Shown one piece after another: positions 8,573 through 17,616 of a stretch of DNA of 32,000 nt. Source of the DNA: Nonlabens ponticola. GTDB taxonomy: Bacteria; Bacteroidota; Bacteroidia; Flavobacteriales; Flavobacteriaceae. Made by a program: the position numbers and the translations under genes. The stretch spans positions 1,500,001-1,532,000 of the forward strand of contig NZ_CP034549.1 in NCBI RefSeq assembly GCF_003966335.1, read 5' to 3'. Below the pieces are notes generated by a model. The model had not been told where the DNA came from. It made no database searches and saw nothing but the letters and a program-made list of their open reading frames with translations. How positions within the stretch are numbered: the stretch's first letter is position 1; every line of letters starts with the position of its first letter.

Positions 8573-9744
8573 GTGAACGTGCCGTACTCGCTATTTATGG
8601 TGAGCTTTTTATGATCGCTAGCCTCAACGCGACCCATGATTTGTGCATCTACATTGAATGATCTTGATACCTCCATAATTTGGTCTGCGATGGCTGGATT
8701 GACATACAGTTCCATTCGGTGACCCATGTTGAATACCTGATACATCTCTTTCCAATCAGTCCCAGATTCCTGCTGAATCAATTTGAACAGTGGTGGTATC
8801 TCAAACATGTTGTCTTTAATAATGTGTAAATCGTTGACAAAGTGCAACACCTTAGTCTGCGCGCCACCGCTACAATGCACCATGCCGTGCAGCTGCTCGC
8901 GATCGACTTGATCCAGGATACTCTTGATTATCGGCGCATAGGTACGAGTAGGCGAGAGCACCAATTTTCCAGCATCCAGCGGACTGCCGTCAACAGCATC
9001 CAGAAGATGTTTGCTACCCGAATAGACTAAATCTACCGGTACATGCGAGTCATAACTCTCTGGGAAATCTGCCGCTAGCTGCTTGTTGAACACGTCATGG
9101 CGTGCGCTGGTAAGACCGTTAGATCCCATACCACCATTGTATGCATGCTCATAAGTTGCTTGCCCGTAACTGGATAGACCTACTATTACGTCACCAGCCT
9201 GGATGTTAGCATTATCAATCACATTGCTGCGTTTCATGCGTGCGGTAACGGTAGAATCTACGATGATGGTGCGTACGAGGTCGCCAACATCTGCCGTCTC
9301 GCCACCGGTTGATATGATGTCAACGCCGTGTGTTTTGAGATCTTTAATGAGTTCTTCTGTACCATTGATGATGGCGCTGATGACCTCACCAGGAATAAGA
9401 TTTTTATTGCGACCTATAGTGCTGGATAGGAGAATATTATCAGTAGCGCCTACACATAGTAGGTCGTCAATATTCATAATGAGCGCGTCCTGGGCAATAC
9501 CTTTCCAGACTGATAAATCACCTGTTTGTTTCCAGTACATGTAGGCTAGACTAGACTTAGTTCCTGCACCATCTGCATGCATGATAAGGCAATGATCGTC
9601 GCTGCCCGTCAAATGGTCTGGTACAATCTTACAAAATGCTTGAGGGAACAAACCTTTATCTACATTCTTGATGGCATTGTGAACATCTTTTTTACCAGCG
9701 CTAACGCCGCGCTGCGCATATCGTTTGGAAATCTCTTGGCTCAT
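8566..9744 (-). CDS. purM: Phosphoribosylformylglycinamidine cyclo-ligase (AIR synthase), Bacteroidota long form
   Basis: 392-aa ORF with PurM/AIR-synthase family blocks MHADGAGTKSSLAY, MNIDDLLCVGA, STGGETADVGDLV and GMGSNGLTSARHD. Confidence 0.85.
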   Translation of the reverse strand: MSQEISKRYAQRGVSAGKKDVHNAIKNVDKGLFPQAFCKIVPDHLTGSDDHCLIMHADGAGTKSSLAYMYWKQTGDLSVWKGIAQDALIMNIDDLLCVGATDNILLSSTIGRNKNLIPGEVISAIINGTEELIKDLKTHGVDIISTGGETADVGDLVRTIIVDSTVTARMKRSNVIDNANIQAGDVIVGLSSYGQATYEHAYNGGMGSNGLTSARHDVFNKQLAADFPESYDSHVPVDLVYSGSKHLLDAVDGSPLDAGKLVLSPTRTYAPIIKSILDQVDREQLHGMVHCSGGAQTKVLHFVNDLHIIKDNMFEIPPLFKLIQQESGTDWKEMYQVFNMGHRMELYVNPAIADQIMEVSRSFNVDAQIMGRVEASDHKKLTINSEYGTFTY

Positions 9745-9748
9745 GTGG

Positions 9749-9756
9749 CAAATTTA
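9749..9756 (-). promoter_or_regulatory. Candidate -7 box TAAATTTG for purM
   Basis: Minus-strand TAAATTTG, 4 nt upstream of ATG 9744. Confidence 0.35.
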
Positions 9757-9798
9757 ATCTTTCACGCGCAAGAAACTGAGTAACCTCAATCAATAATC

Positions 9799-10407
9799 TT
9801 AATTGTCATCATGGTCATCGCTGCCACGGGTTTGTCCACGACTAGCGAGAATTTCATCGACTCTAGCGAGTCTTCCTGGACTGTACCTAAAGGCGTGTTT
9901 CATGAGCTCCTTTGCGTTGAGTTTCTCAAGATCTTCATCTCGATCTAGAGACTTAGCTCTATCAGCGAGTTGTTCAATCAATTCATGATCTCTATCCAGC
10001 GATCGGTAAAAAGAAACCAGTTCAAATGGATACGCTAGACTTTTTTCCCGCGCAAGTTCCTTTACTTCATTAACATCTTTTAATAGATACCAGCTAGCGC
10101 GTTCCCATGAGTAGGACAGTTGCAATCGCGCACCACGTTGATCAGCAGGATTTTTCAATTCCTGCGCAAGCACCACAGTTAGTGAATCTGCATAATTAAG
10201 CGGTTCATCTGCTTTGAATTGAAAGTCTTTTTTCCATAGATCGAACTGGGCGCTGGTTGCGGTGATTTTATGATCATTATCTAAGTATTCATAGTTGTGA
10301 TGCAACCATTTACCTAGTTCTTCCTGCTCACTTTCTTCTTGAGCAACGACATTGATAGCGCTTATCATTGCAAGTATGAATAGAAGATTTGATGTAAATT
10401 TTGTCAT
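9799..10407 (-). CDS. Hypothetical secreted protein, translationally coupled to the upstream cytochrome c peroxidase gene
   Basis: 202-aa ORF with signal peptide (LLFILAMISAINVVAQ). ATGA start/stop overlap with the ccp-like gene at 10404..10407. No recognisable motif. Confidence 0.6.
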   Translation of the reverse strand: MTKFTSNLLFILAMISAINVVAQEESEQEELGKWLHHNYEYLDNDHKITATSAQFDLWKKDFQFKADEPLNYADSLTVVLAQELKNPADQRGARLQLSYSWERASWYLLKDVNEVKELAREKSLAYPFELVSFYRSLDRDHELIEQLADRAKSLDRDEDLEKLNAKELMKHAFRYSPGRLARVDEILASRGQTRGSDDHDDN

Positions 10408-11564
10408 TTAGGCATTTTGATTAGGTTGACCCTTCTGGTTCTAGTCTCTAGCGAGCTCATAAACGCGATAACGGCGTCAATTTCTTCTCTTGTTAGATCG
10501 AGAGGTTTCAATAAGGGTGAAGTTGTAGGCACCAATGAATCACGACTTGTACCTAGATATTTAGATTGTATAGGAGCTGGATTCCCTAAATTATAAAGTT
10601 CTAACACATCAACTAGCGATGGAAAATGCCCATGGTGCATCCATGGACCTGTACGCGTTGTTTCCCTTAACGATGGCGTACGGAATTTCCCTAAATCATC
10701 AATGTCTCCAGTGACATAGTAACGACCAAAATCTTCATCTTTAGTCCCAAAAAGCGCCTGACCGTCATTGTGGTATTTATTATCGCTAAAGTAAGGTGTG
10801 TTGTGACAGTTAATGCACCGAGCCTTAGTCCTGAAAAGGTGCAGTCCTTTTACCTGTTGATCAGTAAGGGCATCTTTTTTTCCTTGAATGAAACGATCAA
10901 AATCACTGCGTGGGCTGCGCACGGTGCGTTCAAAAGTTGCTAGCGCATATTGAATGCGTTTAAAAGTTACTTCTTCATCGCCAAAGGCTTTCTTGAAAAG
11001 AGGCTTGTAACCTTCTACAGCAGCGATGTTATCGACCGCAATATCAAGATTTGAATTCATCTCTACCGCATCAGGAATAGGGAATCTCGCTTGATCTTCT
11101 AGACTAGTAGCACGACCATCCCAAAACAACTCATGTGCATAACCACTGTTCAATATCGTCATGGCATTGCGCTTGCCTTGCTGCCTATTATGGCCAAAGG
11201 ACCTGGTCAAGTTATCTGTCCATGCCAACTCTGGATTGTGGCAGGAAGCACAGGCAATTTGTCCAGTACTGGATAATCGCGCGTCAAAAAACAGCATCTT
11301 GCCCAGCTCTTTTTTGGCTTTGGAGTATGGGTTGTACTTGGGATGTTTTACTTTAGGAAGTACGCCTAAATCCTGAAACTTGCTGCGGTTAATAAGTGAG
11401 TCAAGTTCAGGTGCTGGCCATAGTGAGACGTCTGGCTGGCTGTAAACGGCACGCAATTTTGACACCTCGCTGTAACCATCACTTTCCAGGCCGGATTTGC
11501 AGCCTGATAGGATCATTACAACCGCCATGAACAAGGCTGGTCTCAAAATAAACGTTTTACTCAT
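10404..11564 (-). CDS. Di-heme cytochrome c peroxidase (CCP/MauG family) lipoprotein
   Basis: Two CxxCH heme motifs (CASCH, CINCH) and the distal-ligand block FRTPSLRE..GPWMHHGHF. The ORF track extends to 11639, but Met at 11564 gives lipoprotein signal MSKTFILRPALFMAVVMILSGC, and the extension runs through an intergenic palindrome. Confidence 0.88.
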   Translation of the reverse strand: MSKTFILRPALFMAVVMILSGCKSGLESDGYSEVSKLRAVYSQPDVSLWPAPELDSLINRSKFQDLGVLPKVKHPKYNPYSKAKKELGKMLFFDARLSSTGQIACASCHNPELAWTDNLTRSFGHNRQQGKRNAMTILNSGYAHELFWDGRATSLEDQARFPIPDAVEMNSNLDIAVDNIAAVEGYKPLFKKAFGDEEVTFKRIQYALATFERTVRSPRSDFDRFIQGKKDALTDQQVKGLHLFRTKARCINCHNTPYFSDNKYHNDGQALFGTKDEDFGRYYVTGDIDDLGKFRTPSLRETTRTGPWMHHGHFPSLVDVLELYNLGNPAPIQSKYLGTSRDSLVPTTSPLLKPLDLTREEIDAVIAFMSSLETRTRRVNLIKMPK

Positions 11565-11589
11565 TGTTATTATTTGTGTTGCGGTTTTT

Positions 11590-11603
11590 GCTTTCGCGAA
11601 AGC
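11590..11603. repeat. 14-bp perfect palindrome GCTTTCGCGAAAGC, copy 4 (intergenic, between the PUL lipoprotein stop and the ccp start)
   Basis: Exact match. The dyad extends to TTTTGCTTTCGCGAAAGCAAAA (22 bp). Confidence 0.95.
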
Positions 11604-11610
11604 AAAATTA
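11603..11610 (-). promoter_or_regulatory. Candidate -7 box TAATTTTG for the ccp-like operon; its final G is the first base of the 14-bp palindrome
   Basis: Minus-strand TAATTTTG, 38 nt upstream of ATG 11564. Confidence 0.35.
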
Positions 11611-11628
11611 TCAATATCAATTATCTTT

Positions 11629-13113
11629 TTAAAGGGCAATGGGAATCTTACAATCGATGGTTAACAAGGCTGGTTCTTCAAAATCACGGATGTTGTATAA
11701 CCTGTATTCATCAGTTCTCGTACCACCAAAAAGTTGTTGGTTTGTCGCATTTAAAGCAAAATCTAACTCAAAGACGCCAGGACTGATTTCATTGTAGGTA
11801 CCAGATCCACTAATTTGGATGAGCTCGCTGCCGCTATCGTTACCTATTTCAATGGTTTGATCTATTACAAGAACAATGCCTTGAGTGCTGGACGTACCAT
11901 CAGTTGGGAAAAATTCTAGTGCTGGTACGATGTTCAATCCTGGTGATGTATCCTCATCAGTTCCTTCATTAGTGAACCATCTTCTCAAATTAAAAGGATT
12001 TGTGGTGCGACCTTCAAGAAAGGTTTTAAATCCAACTCTAAAGGCGTGATAATATATATCATCACTAGTATCTGCAGTGCCATTGTCATCGCCTAATACG
12101 GCGTTAGGATCGTCGCGATCGACAACCACCGGCTGTGTGAAGGTGTTATAATCATTCCATTCACATTCTCCATCCTGATTAAAATCAAACCAGTGAACAC
12201 CGTATACTCTATAAAACTGGTCGTTTGTATCATAAAACTGAGAGGCGGTATTCAAGGTTATATCACGATCGGACAGTGGTCCACGAATCAATGTGACACC
12301 TGGATTTCCTATAACCTCATAGTCGCTCAACTCGTTAAGATTGAGGTTAGCACGATATGTTTGCTCATCAATGTCAAAATCTTCCAGCGTGCGGAATATG
12401 TACTGTATTTGGTTCTCGCTAGTTACCGGCAACGCCTCAATTTCAAAATTAAAGTTTGAATCTTGAGTTTCAAAAGGATCAAAATCTTCTACATCTTCTT
12501 GTAGAAAACCATTAGGGAATTCTATTGTTATGATGGATTCATCACCAGCTTCACTGCCTATTTCTACACGACTGTCTGACGAGATGCGGTACACTTGCTC
12601 GACTTCTTCTAGATTGATGGTGAGCACGTCATTAGTACGATCTGGATTGGGTGCGCCTATCTCGATGTTGGGATCACTAGCTTGTGTAAGCTGCAATACG
12701 ATACTAGGTTCATCGTCTGCATCCCAGCGCTCATTGATCTGAATTAATAATGTATCAACGAGCTGAGTGCCTTGAAATGTCAATTGATCAGGCGTTATGG
12801 TATACTCATCAATATCATTATCGCTGACTTCATAATTTACGGTTACCAGTTCATCTAGTGGTGCTGAAGTTAATGCCACAGGAACCTTGAGGCTGAAACG
12901 ATCACTCTTATCAAATACTGAGACAGCACTTGATCCCAATTCTATCTGAGGCGCAGTGATAGGATTGTTATCGCTATCAACTTGTAAAAAGAAGCGCACA
13001 AATTGGGTTTGTGATGCGTCAAAGCTGCGACCGTTATCATCTTCTTCGCATGATAGTATGGCTGCACAGCAAAAGGCAAGCAATAAAAATGATCTAATTT
13101 TAATAGCCTTCAT
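11629..13113 (-). CDS. Acidic surface lipoprotein encoded downstream of SusD (SusE/F-position protein; possible Calx-beta-like segment)
   Basis: 494-aa ORF with lipobox (AAILSCEEDD) and very high D/E content. Its start overlaps the SusD stop by 14 nt. The segment VTVNYEVSDNDIDEYTITPDQLTFQGTQLVDTLLIQINERWDADDEPSIVLQL resembles a Calx-beta repeat (inference). Confidence 0.65.
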   Translation of the reverse strand: MKAIKIRSFLLLAFCCAAILSCEEDDNGRSFDASQTQFVRFFLQVDSDNNPITAPQIELGSSAVSVFDKSDRFSLKVPVALTSAPLDELVTVNYEVSDNDIDEYTITPDQLTFQGTQLVDTLLIQINERWDADDEPSIVLQLTQASDPNIEIGAPNPDRTNDVLTINLEEVEQVYRISSDSRVEIGSEAGDESIITIEFPNGFLQEDVEDFDPFETQDSNFNFEIEALPVTSENQIQYIFRTLEDFDIDEQTYRANLNLNELSDYEVIGNPGVTLIRGPLSDRDITLNTASQFYDTNDQFYRVYGVHWFDFNQDGECEWNDYNTFTQPVVVDRDDPNAVLGDDNGTADTSDDIYYHAFRVGFKTFLEGRTTNPFNLRRWFTNEGTDEDTSPGLNIVPALEFFPTDGTSSTQGIVLVIDQTIEIGNDSGSELIQISGSGTYNEISPGVFELDFALNATNQQLFGGTRTDEYRLYNIRDFEEPALLTIDCKIPIAL

Positions 13114-14545
13114 TTTGTATCATGTTTTCGTTATTGATAACGCTCTCTTCTGGGATTGGTAATATGAAAAACGGTGATGGATAAGACAAATTACATACAT
13201 TACTCAAGCAACCCTGATCGCGTTCTATGTCTTTCTCATAACGCATGAGGTCATATAGTAATTGTGATTCAAATGCGACTTCACGCCTGCGTTCCAAGAA
13301 GATTTCTTCAAGTAAATTGTCGGTACTATCAAGGCTTTCAATGCCAGCTCGATTTCTTATATCGTTCAATCTAGATAAGGCCAATCCATTATCAGTATTC
13401 AATCGAGCGAGTGCTTCGGCATGGATCAGATACATCTCGCTCAACCTAATAAACGTGGTTGCGTTATCTTCCTGATATTTGAGTGAGAAATTGTAATCTT
13501 CAAATTCTATTTCTCCAAATCTGCTAGTGGGTAAGGTCTGTTCTTGGTATAATTCTCGTCTTATGTCATCATCTTCAAACAGATCCAATAGGTCATCGCT
13601 GGCCACAAACCTGTTGTAGATATTTTGATTCGTAAATAGATAATAAGCTGAAACACTCGAAGACACATCACCTTCAGAAGTTTGTGGCGCGCTGAAAGTT
13701 AGTAAACCTTCATTTAAATCTTGATCGGTAAGCCATTGATCAACATACTGATCTTGTGATGTTAGAGAGACGTTTGAATTTGATATGACTTCGTTTGCTT
13801 GAAACGCTGCTGTTTCCCAATCATTATATTGCAGTGCGACTCTCGCATAAATTGCTCTAGTATTAGTTTCATTGAAATAAGATCTCTCTGGCCCAACGTC
13901 CAAAAACGAGGTTCCCGTAAAAAGTTCTAGAGCGCGTTCTAGATCTGCTTGCAATAGTTCATAAACTTCATTTACCGTATTTCTTGCAGGAAAATCGATA
14001 CTTGCTTCCAGCTGTCTGGTATTATAAACAATTCCCAGATGGCTGCCGTCTGATGTAAAATTTCTATTTTGAGAAAAAAGTAAGCTTAACTGATAATGCG
14101 ACAAGGCTCTTGCTGTCAACATTTCTGCTTCTAATTGATCTCTTTGACCATCAGTCAAGAATTCAAAAGAGTCAATGTTAGCAAGTATCAAGTTGATAGC
14201 ATTGATGTCATCATATCCATTATCATAATAACTCTCAAAGTCAAAGCTATCTTCTCTGCTTTCAAAATTATACGTCAGATCAATATCAGAAGGCACCTCA
14301 AGTTCTCTATTACTTATACGTGGTGCAAAGGTGATATTACCACCAGTGATTCCAGGATAAGTATGCACAAATCCTGAAAGTTGAGCCTCGATTGAGAAGT
14401 AAATTCCTGATACTGCTTCCTCAACACCTTCTTGGGTAGATAATTGCTCGCTGATAGAAACCTGCTCGTCAGGCTCTACATCTAGAAAATCGCTACAGCT
14501 GGCTAGCATTATAATGAGCGAAATGTATAATAGTCGATTTCTCAT
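13100..14545 (-). CDS. SusD/RagB family nutrient-binding outer-membrane lipoprotein
   Basis: 481-aa ORF with N-terminus MRNRLLYISLIIMLASCSDFLDVEPDEQVS, typical of SusD. TPR-like helical content and a RagB/SusD C-terminal region (YLIHAEALARL, ERRREVAFESQ). TAATG overlap with SusC. Confidence 0.9.
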   Translation of the reverse strand: MRNRLLYISLIIMLASCSDFLDVEPDEQVSISEQLSTQEGVEEAVSGIYFSIEAQLSGFVHTYPGITGGNITFAPRISNRELEVPSDIDLTYNFESREDSFDFESYYDNGYDDINAINLILANIDSFEFLTDGQRDQLEAEMLTARALSHYQLSLLFSQNRNFTSDGSHLGIVYNTRQLEASIDFPARNTVNEVYELLQADLERALELFTGTSFLDVGPERSYFNETNTRAIYARVALQYNDWETAAFQANEVISNSNVSLTSQDQYVDQWLTDQDLNEGLLTFSAPQTSEGDVSSSVSAYYLFTNQNIYNRFVASDDLLDLFEDDDIRRELYQEQTLPTSRFGEIEFEDYNFSLKYQEDNATTFIRLSEMYLIHAEALARLNTDNGLALSRLNDIRNRAGIESLDSTDNLLEEIFLERRREVAFESQLLYDLMRYEKDIERDQGCLSNVCNLSYPSPFFILPIPEESVINNENMIQNEGY

Positions 14546-17500
14546 TAGAAGGTAGTATTTAATCCTATAGATATGGTACGCTGCTGTGGATAGACGTTAG
14601 AAAGTTCTGCAATTGAATTGCGTCCAGATTGCCTACCATCACTGTACCAATAATAAAGGTTTGAACCATTGATATTAAAACTTAACGAGTTTACCGGCAA
14701 TTTCCATTTGTCAACAGGTGCCGTGTAAGACAATGTGATACTTTTTAATTGGATGTTGCTGCCATCATACACATATCTAGAAGAATTTACCAGTGAATTG
14801 CTGTTGGTAGGCGCTGGATTTGCTGCTAGATCACCAGGTTGTCTCCATGCATCAAAAAAAACGTTGAGGTTTAGATTTCGGTTAGTGAGAACATTGTATC
14901 CATCAATGAGATTGCGATCCAGTCTTATGTCACCACCATAGGTAAATGAATTAATAATAGCGAGTTGAAAGGATTTGTAGCTCAATGTATTGCGCATACC
15001 ACCATAAAAGTCAGGTTGTGTATCGCCGATTATTTGAGCGTCTGTAATGTCAAAAAGTTCACGAACCTCATTACTGTCATATATATTACCATCTACTCTA
15101 AATAACTCACGTCCCGTAGCAGGATCAATACCTATTGATTCATAACCAAATAGGGCAGTGGTAGGAGATCCTACTTGCTGCGCTCTAGCCGTTGCCGCAG
15201 CAGAAAATTCTGAGCTCGCTCCCGATAAGGACAATATCTCATTATCAAGCGATGCAGCATTGAAGTTTGTAGTCCAGCTGAAGTTTTCATTATTAAACCA
15301 CTGCGCCTCGATGGAGAATTCAATGCCGCGATTGCGCATCGAGGATCCATTGATCTCAATATTGGTATAACCAGTTTCAGGTAACGCAGGTCGAGTTGTT
15401 ATTATATCATCAATGCGATCATTGAAAAATTCTAGAGTGGCTCTAAAGCGCTGAGCAAAGTTGTAATCCAGTCCTATATTGAATTTATTGTTTTTTTCCC
15501 ATCCTAGATTAGGGTTGGGTGCGGTGCCTTGAGGACTGGCTCGTCTGTCAGTTTGATTGTAACCACCATTATTGATGTCATATAATCCTAGTGCGGCATA
15601 ACTACCTATGCGCGAATTTCCTGTGGTACCGTAGCTTACTCGTAGTCTCAAGAAGTCTGTAAAGTCTGCATCTTTTAAGAATTTCTCATTGGACAATACC
15701 CAACTAACTCCAGCGCCACCATTAAAAGCAGTGTTATTGTCATCACCAAAAGCAGAACTTTGATCTACCCTAAAATTGATCAAAGCAAAATAGGTCTTAT
15801 CAAAGTCATAGGAAATCTGTGTGTATCCAGACCTACCGTAGCGCTCATTAGTATCTGTTTCTCTATCGATTTCCGCAGCACTTTCTATGGGTTGCGGTGT
15901 AGCAAAGTTTTCAAAGTCGGTACCAGCGATATAACTAAGTTCAACAACCTCACCGCGCGTCTCTATTCCCGCAATAGCACTTACATTATGGATATCATTA
16001 AAAGACTGCTCATAAGATGCCGTGGTACTCCAATTCCAGGATCTATTGTTGCGTTCACGCAGTATACGACGGCCAAACTCACCATTGTTGGTAATACCAC
16101 TACCATTCAAACCAGAAAAAAACTTGTCCTCTTCCTTATTAGAGAAGTCAGTACCATAAAGCATGGTGATGTTAAATCTATTATTGAATTTATAATTGAG
16201 GTTGATATTTCCCAGCAAGGCAAAAGTGTTTGCTTCACTTACATTTTGTTGCGCTACCGCAATTGGGTTCCCTATATTGGGAAGTAGCGTTAGGTTACCA
16301 TTTTCATCGCGTACAGGTAAGGTTGGGTCTAGCGGAAAGCTGCCCAATGTATTTGGATTATTTTTAGTTACCCATGATGGACTCAATTTAATTGCTGCAT
16401 TAAATTTATCGGTAACTATGTTGGTTGTGAAGCTTGTATTCCATTGCTCAAAGCTATTGTTCACTTGGGCTTCTTGCCTGTTTTGGTAAGTTACGCTTCC
16501 GCGAAAGCGAACTATCTCACCACCTATATTACCACCTAAACTATATCTAGAAAAAGTACCGTCATCGTTCAATAAACCGAACCAATCTGTATCAACACCA
16601 TTATAAGGACGTACCGCTCCAAAATCACCATTGTTAATGTTATAAATATTCCGCAGTTCATTGAACTGCTCGCCATTCATGTATTGAATTTGATCAAACG
16701 CAGTTGTACGACCACCTTGAATAGAGGCGTTGAGCCTTAGTTTTCCAGGTCGAGCACTTTTGGTGGTTATAAGGATCACACCGTTGGCAGCATCTGCACC
16801 GTATAAACCTACGGCAGCGGCATCTTTCAAGATTTCTATGGATTCAATATCCTGTATTCCTACACGCGCTAGCGGATTCAAGAAATTCTCTGAAAATCTA
16901 CCAGTATCTGCATCAAAGAAATTATTTCCTTCAATGCCTAATTCTTCTGTGAGGATAATGCCGTCCACGATAATTAGTGGCTGTGTACTTGTACCAGATA
17001 CGTTGCCGTCAAGCGGTGTCAGTGATCCTTGCCCGCGTATATCGATAGATACAGGCTCGCCTAGATTTACATTACTGTTGATGAGAACTCCAGCAACTTG
17101 ACCTTCTAATAATTCATCGACGCTAGTGGCTGGCTGTTCAGTTGCTAGTTCCCGTGGTTTGATACTGCTTATACTACCCACAACTTCTTCACGACGTTTC
17201 TTAGTACCATAGGATGAGGTGACAACCACTGCATCAAGTGACTCGATGTCTTCTAGTAACGAAACGTTCACGATAGCTTGATTGTCAACCAGCACTTCCT
17301 TGGTTTCATAACCCAACGCTTTAAAGACTAGAGTAGGTGAAGTGTCGCTACTTGCAGGTATGCTTATGTTGTATTTACCATCAAAGTCTGTTACCGCGCC
17401 TGCATTGGTTCCTTTTATCTGTACCGTAACGCCAAAAAGTGGTTCACTCGTAGATTTATCTATCACGATACCGCTTACCCTAGTGCTATTTTGAGCATTG

Positions 17501-17547
17501 AGAAATCCAGTCATCAATAATAAAAGTAGAAGGAACCAAAATTTCAT
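14545..17547 (-). CDS. SusC/RagA family TonB-linked outer-membrane protein
   Basis: 1000-aa ORF with signal peptide and CarboxypepD_reg-like N-domain (VSGIVIDKSTSEPLFGVTVQIKGTNAGAVTDFDGKYNI). Plug region (IESIEILKDAAAVGLYGADAANGVILITTK) and C-terminal beta-barrel ending ..GLNTTF. Confidence 0.93.
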   Translation of the reverse strand: MKFWFLLLLLLMTGFLNAQNSTRVSGIVIDKSTSEPLFGVTVQIKGTNAGAVTDFDGKYNISIPASSDTSPTLVFKALGYETKEVLVDNQAIVNVSLLEDIESLDAVVVTSSYGTKKRREEVVGSISSIKPRELATEQPATSVDELLEGQVAGVLINSNVNLGEPVSIDIRGQGSLTPLDGNVSGTSTQPLIIVDGIILTEELGIEGNNFFDADTGRFSENFLNPLARVGIQDIESIEILKDAAAVGLYGADAANGVILITTKSARPGKLRLNASIQGGRTTAFDQIQYMNGEQFNELRNIYNINNGDFGAVRPYNGVDTDWFGLLNDDGTFSRYSLGGNIGGEIVRFRGSVTYQNRQEAQVNNSFEQWNTSFTTNIVTDKFNAAIKLSPSWVTKNNPNTLGSFPLDPTLPVRDENGNLTLLPNIGNPIAVAQQNVSEANTFALLGNINLNYKFNNRFNITMLYGTDFSNKEEDKFFSGLNGSGITNNGEFGRRILRERNNRSWNWSTTASYEQSFNDIHNVSAIAGIETRGEVVELSYIAGTDFENFATPQPIESAAEIDRETDTNERYGRSGYTQISYDFDKTYFALINFRVDQSSAFGDDNNTAFNGGAGVSWVLSNEKFLKDADFTDFLRLRVSYGTTGNSRIGSYAALGLYDINNGGYNQTDRRASPQGTAPNPNLGWEKNNKFNIGLDYNFAQRFRATLEFFNDRIDDIITTRPALPETGYTNIEINGSSMRNRGIEFSIEAQWFNNENFSWTTNFNAASLDNEILSLSGASSEFSAAATARAQQVGSPTTALFGYESIGIDPATGRELFRVDGNIYDSNEVRELFDITDAQIIGDTQPDFYGGMRNTLSYKSFQLAIINSFTYGGDIRLDRNLIDGYNVLTNRNLNLNVFFDAWRQPGDLAANPAPTNSNSLVNSSRYVYDGSNIQLKSITLSYTAPVDKWKLPVNSLSFNINGSNLYYWYSDGRQSGRNSIAELSNVYPQQRTISIGLNTTF
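16495..16508. repeat. One-mismatch copy GCTTCCGCGAAAGC inside SusC
   Basis: 13 of 14 bases match. It may be a decayed copy or a chance match. Confidence 0.4.
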
Positions 17548-17555
17548 AAAGACAT

Positions 17556-17594
17556 TTTATAAAAAAGGCTGTAAAGAGTAATCCTTTACAGCCT
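17556..17594 (-). terminator. Rho-independent terminator downstream of the T9SS ELWxxDGT-repeat gene, immediately upstream of susC
   Basis: 11-bp perfect stem AGGCTGTAAAG / CTTTACAGCCT (17566-17576 / 17584-17594) with a 7-nt loop, followed on the minus strand by TTTTTATAAAATG. Confidence 0.75.
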
Positions 17595-17616
17595 AATGTT
17601 TTAAGATGTAAAATTC

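Noticed and set aside
11565-11639. N-terminal extension of the ccp ORF (MPFKKIIDIDNFAFAKAKTATQIIT). Similar TTG-initiated extensions occur at 7463 (OMP) and 21456 (glnN).
   Set aside because: Internal ATGs give canonical signal peptides or N-termini. The ccp extension simply translates the intergenic palindrome (AFAKA) and overlaps the upstream gene's stop. The glnN extension overlaps its own -7 box.
15760-16287. 175-aa plus-strand ORF. Similar antisense ORFs occur at 16196..16489, 16730..17101, 19595..19951, 9203..9544, 21989..22312 and 25142..25441.
   Set aside because: All lie entirely inside, and antisense to, long well-supported genes (SusC, glnN, purM, the antiporter, the lipoprotein). 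Their translations are low-complexity (S/L/R-rich) with no motifs, which is typical of shadow ORFs.
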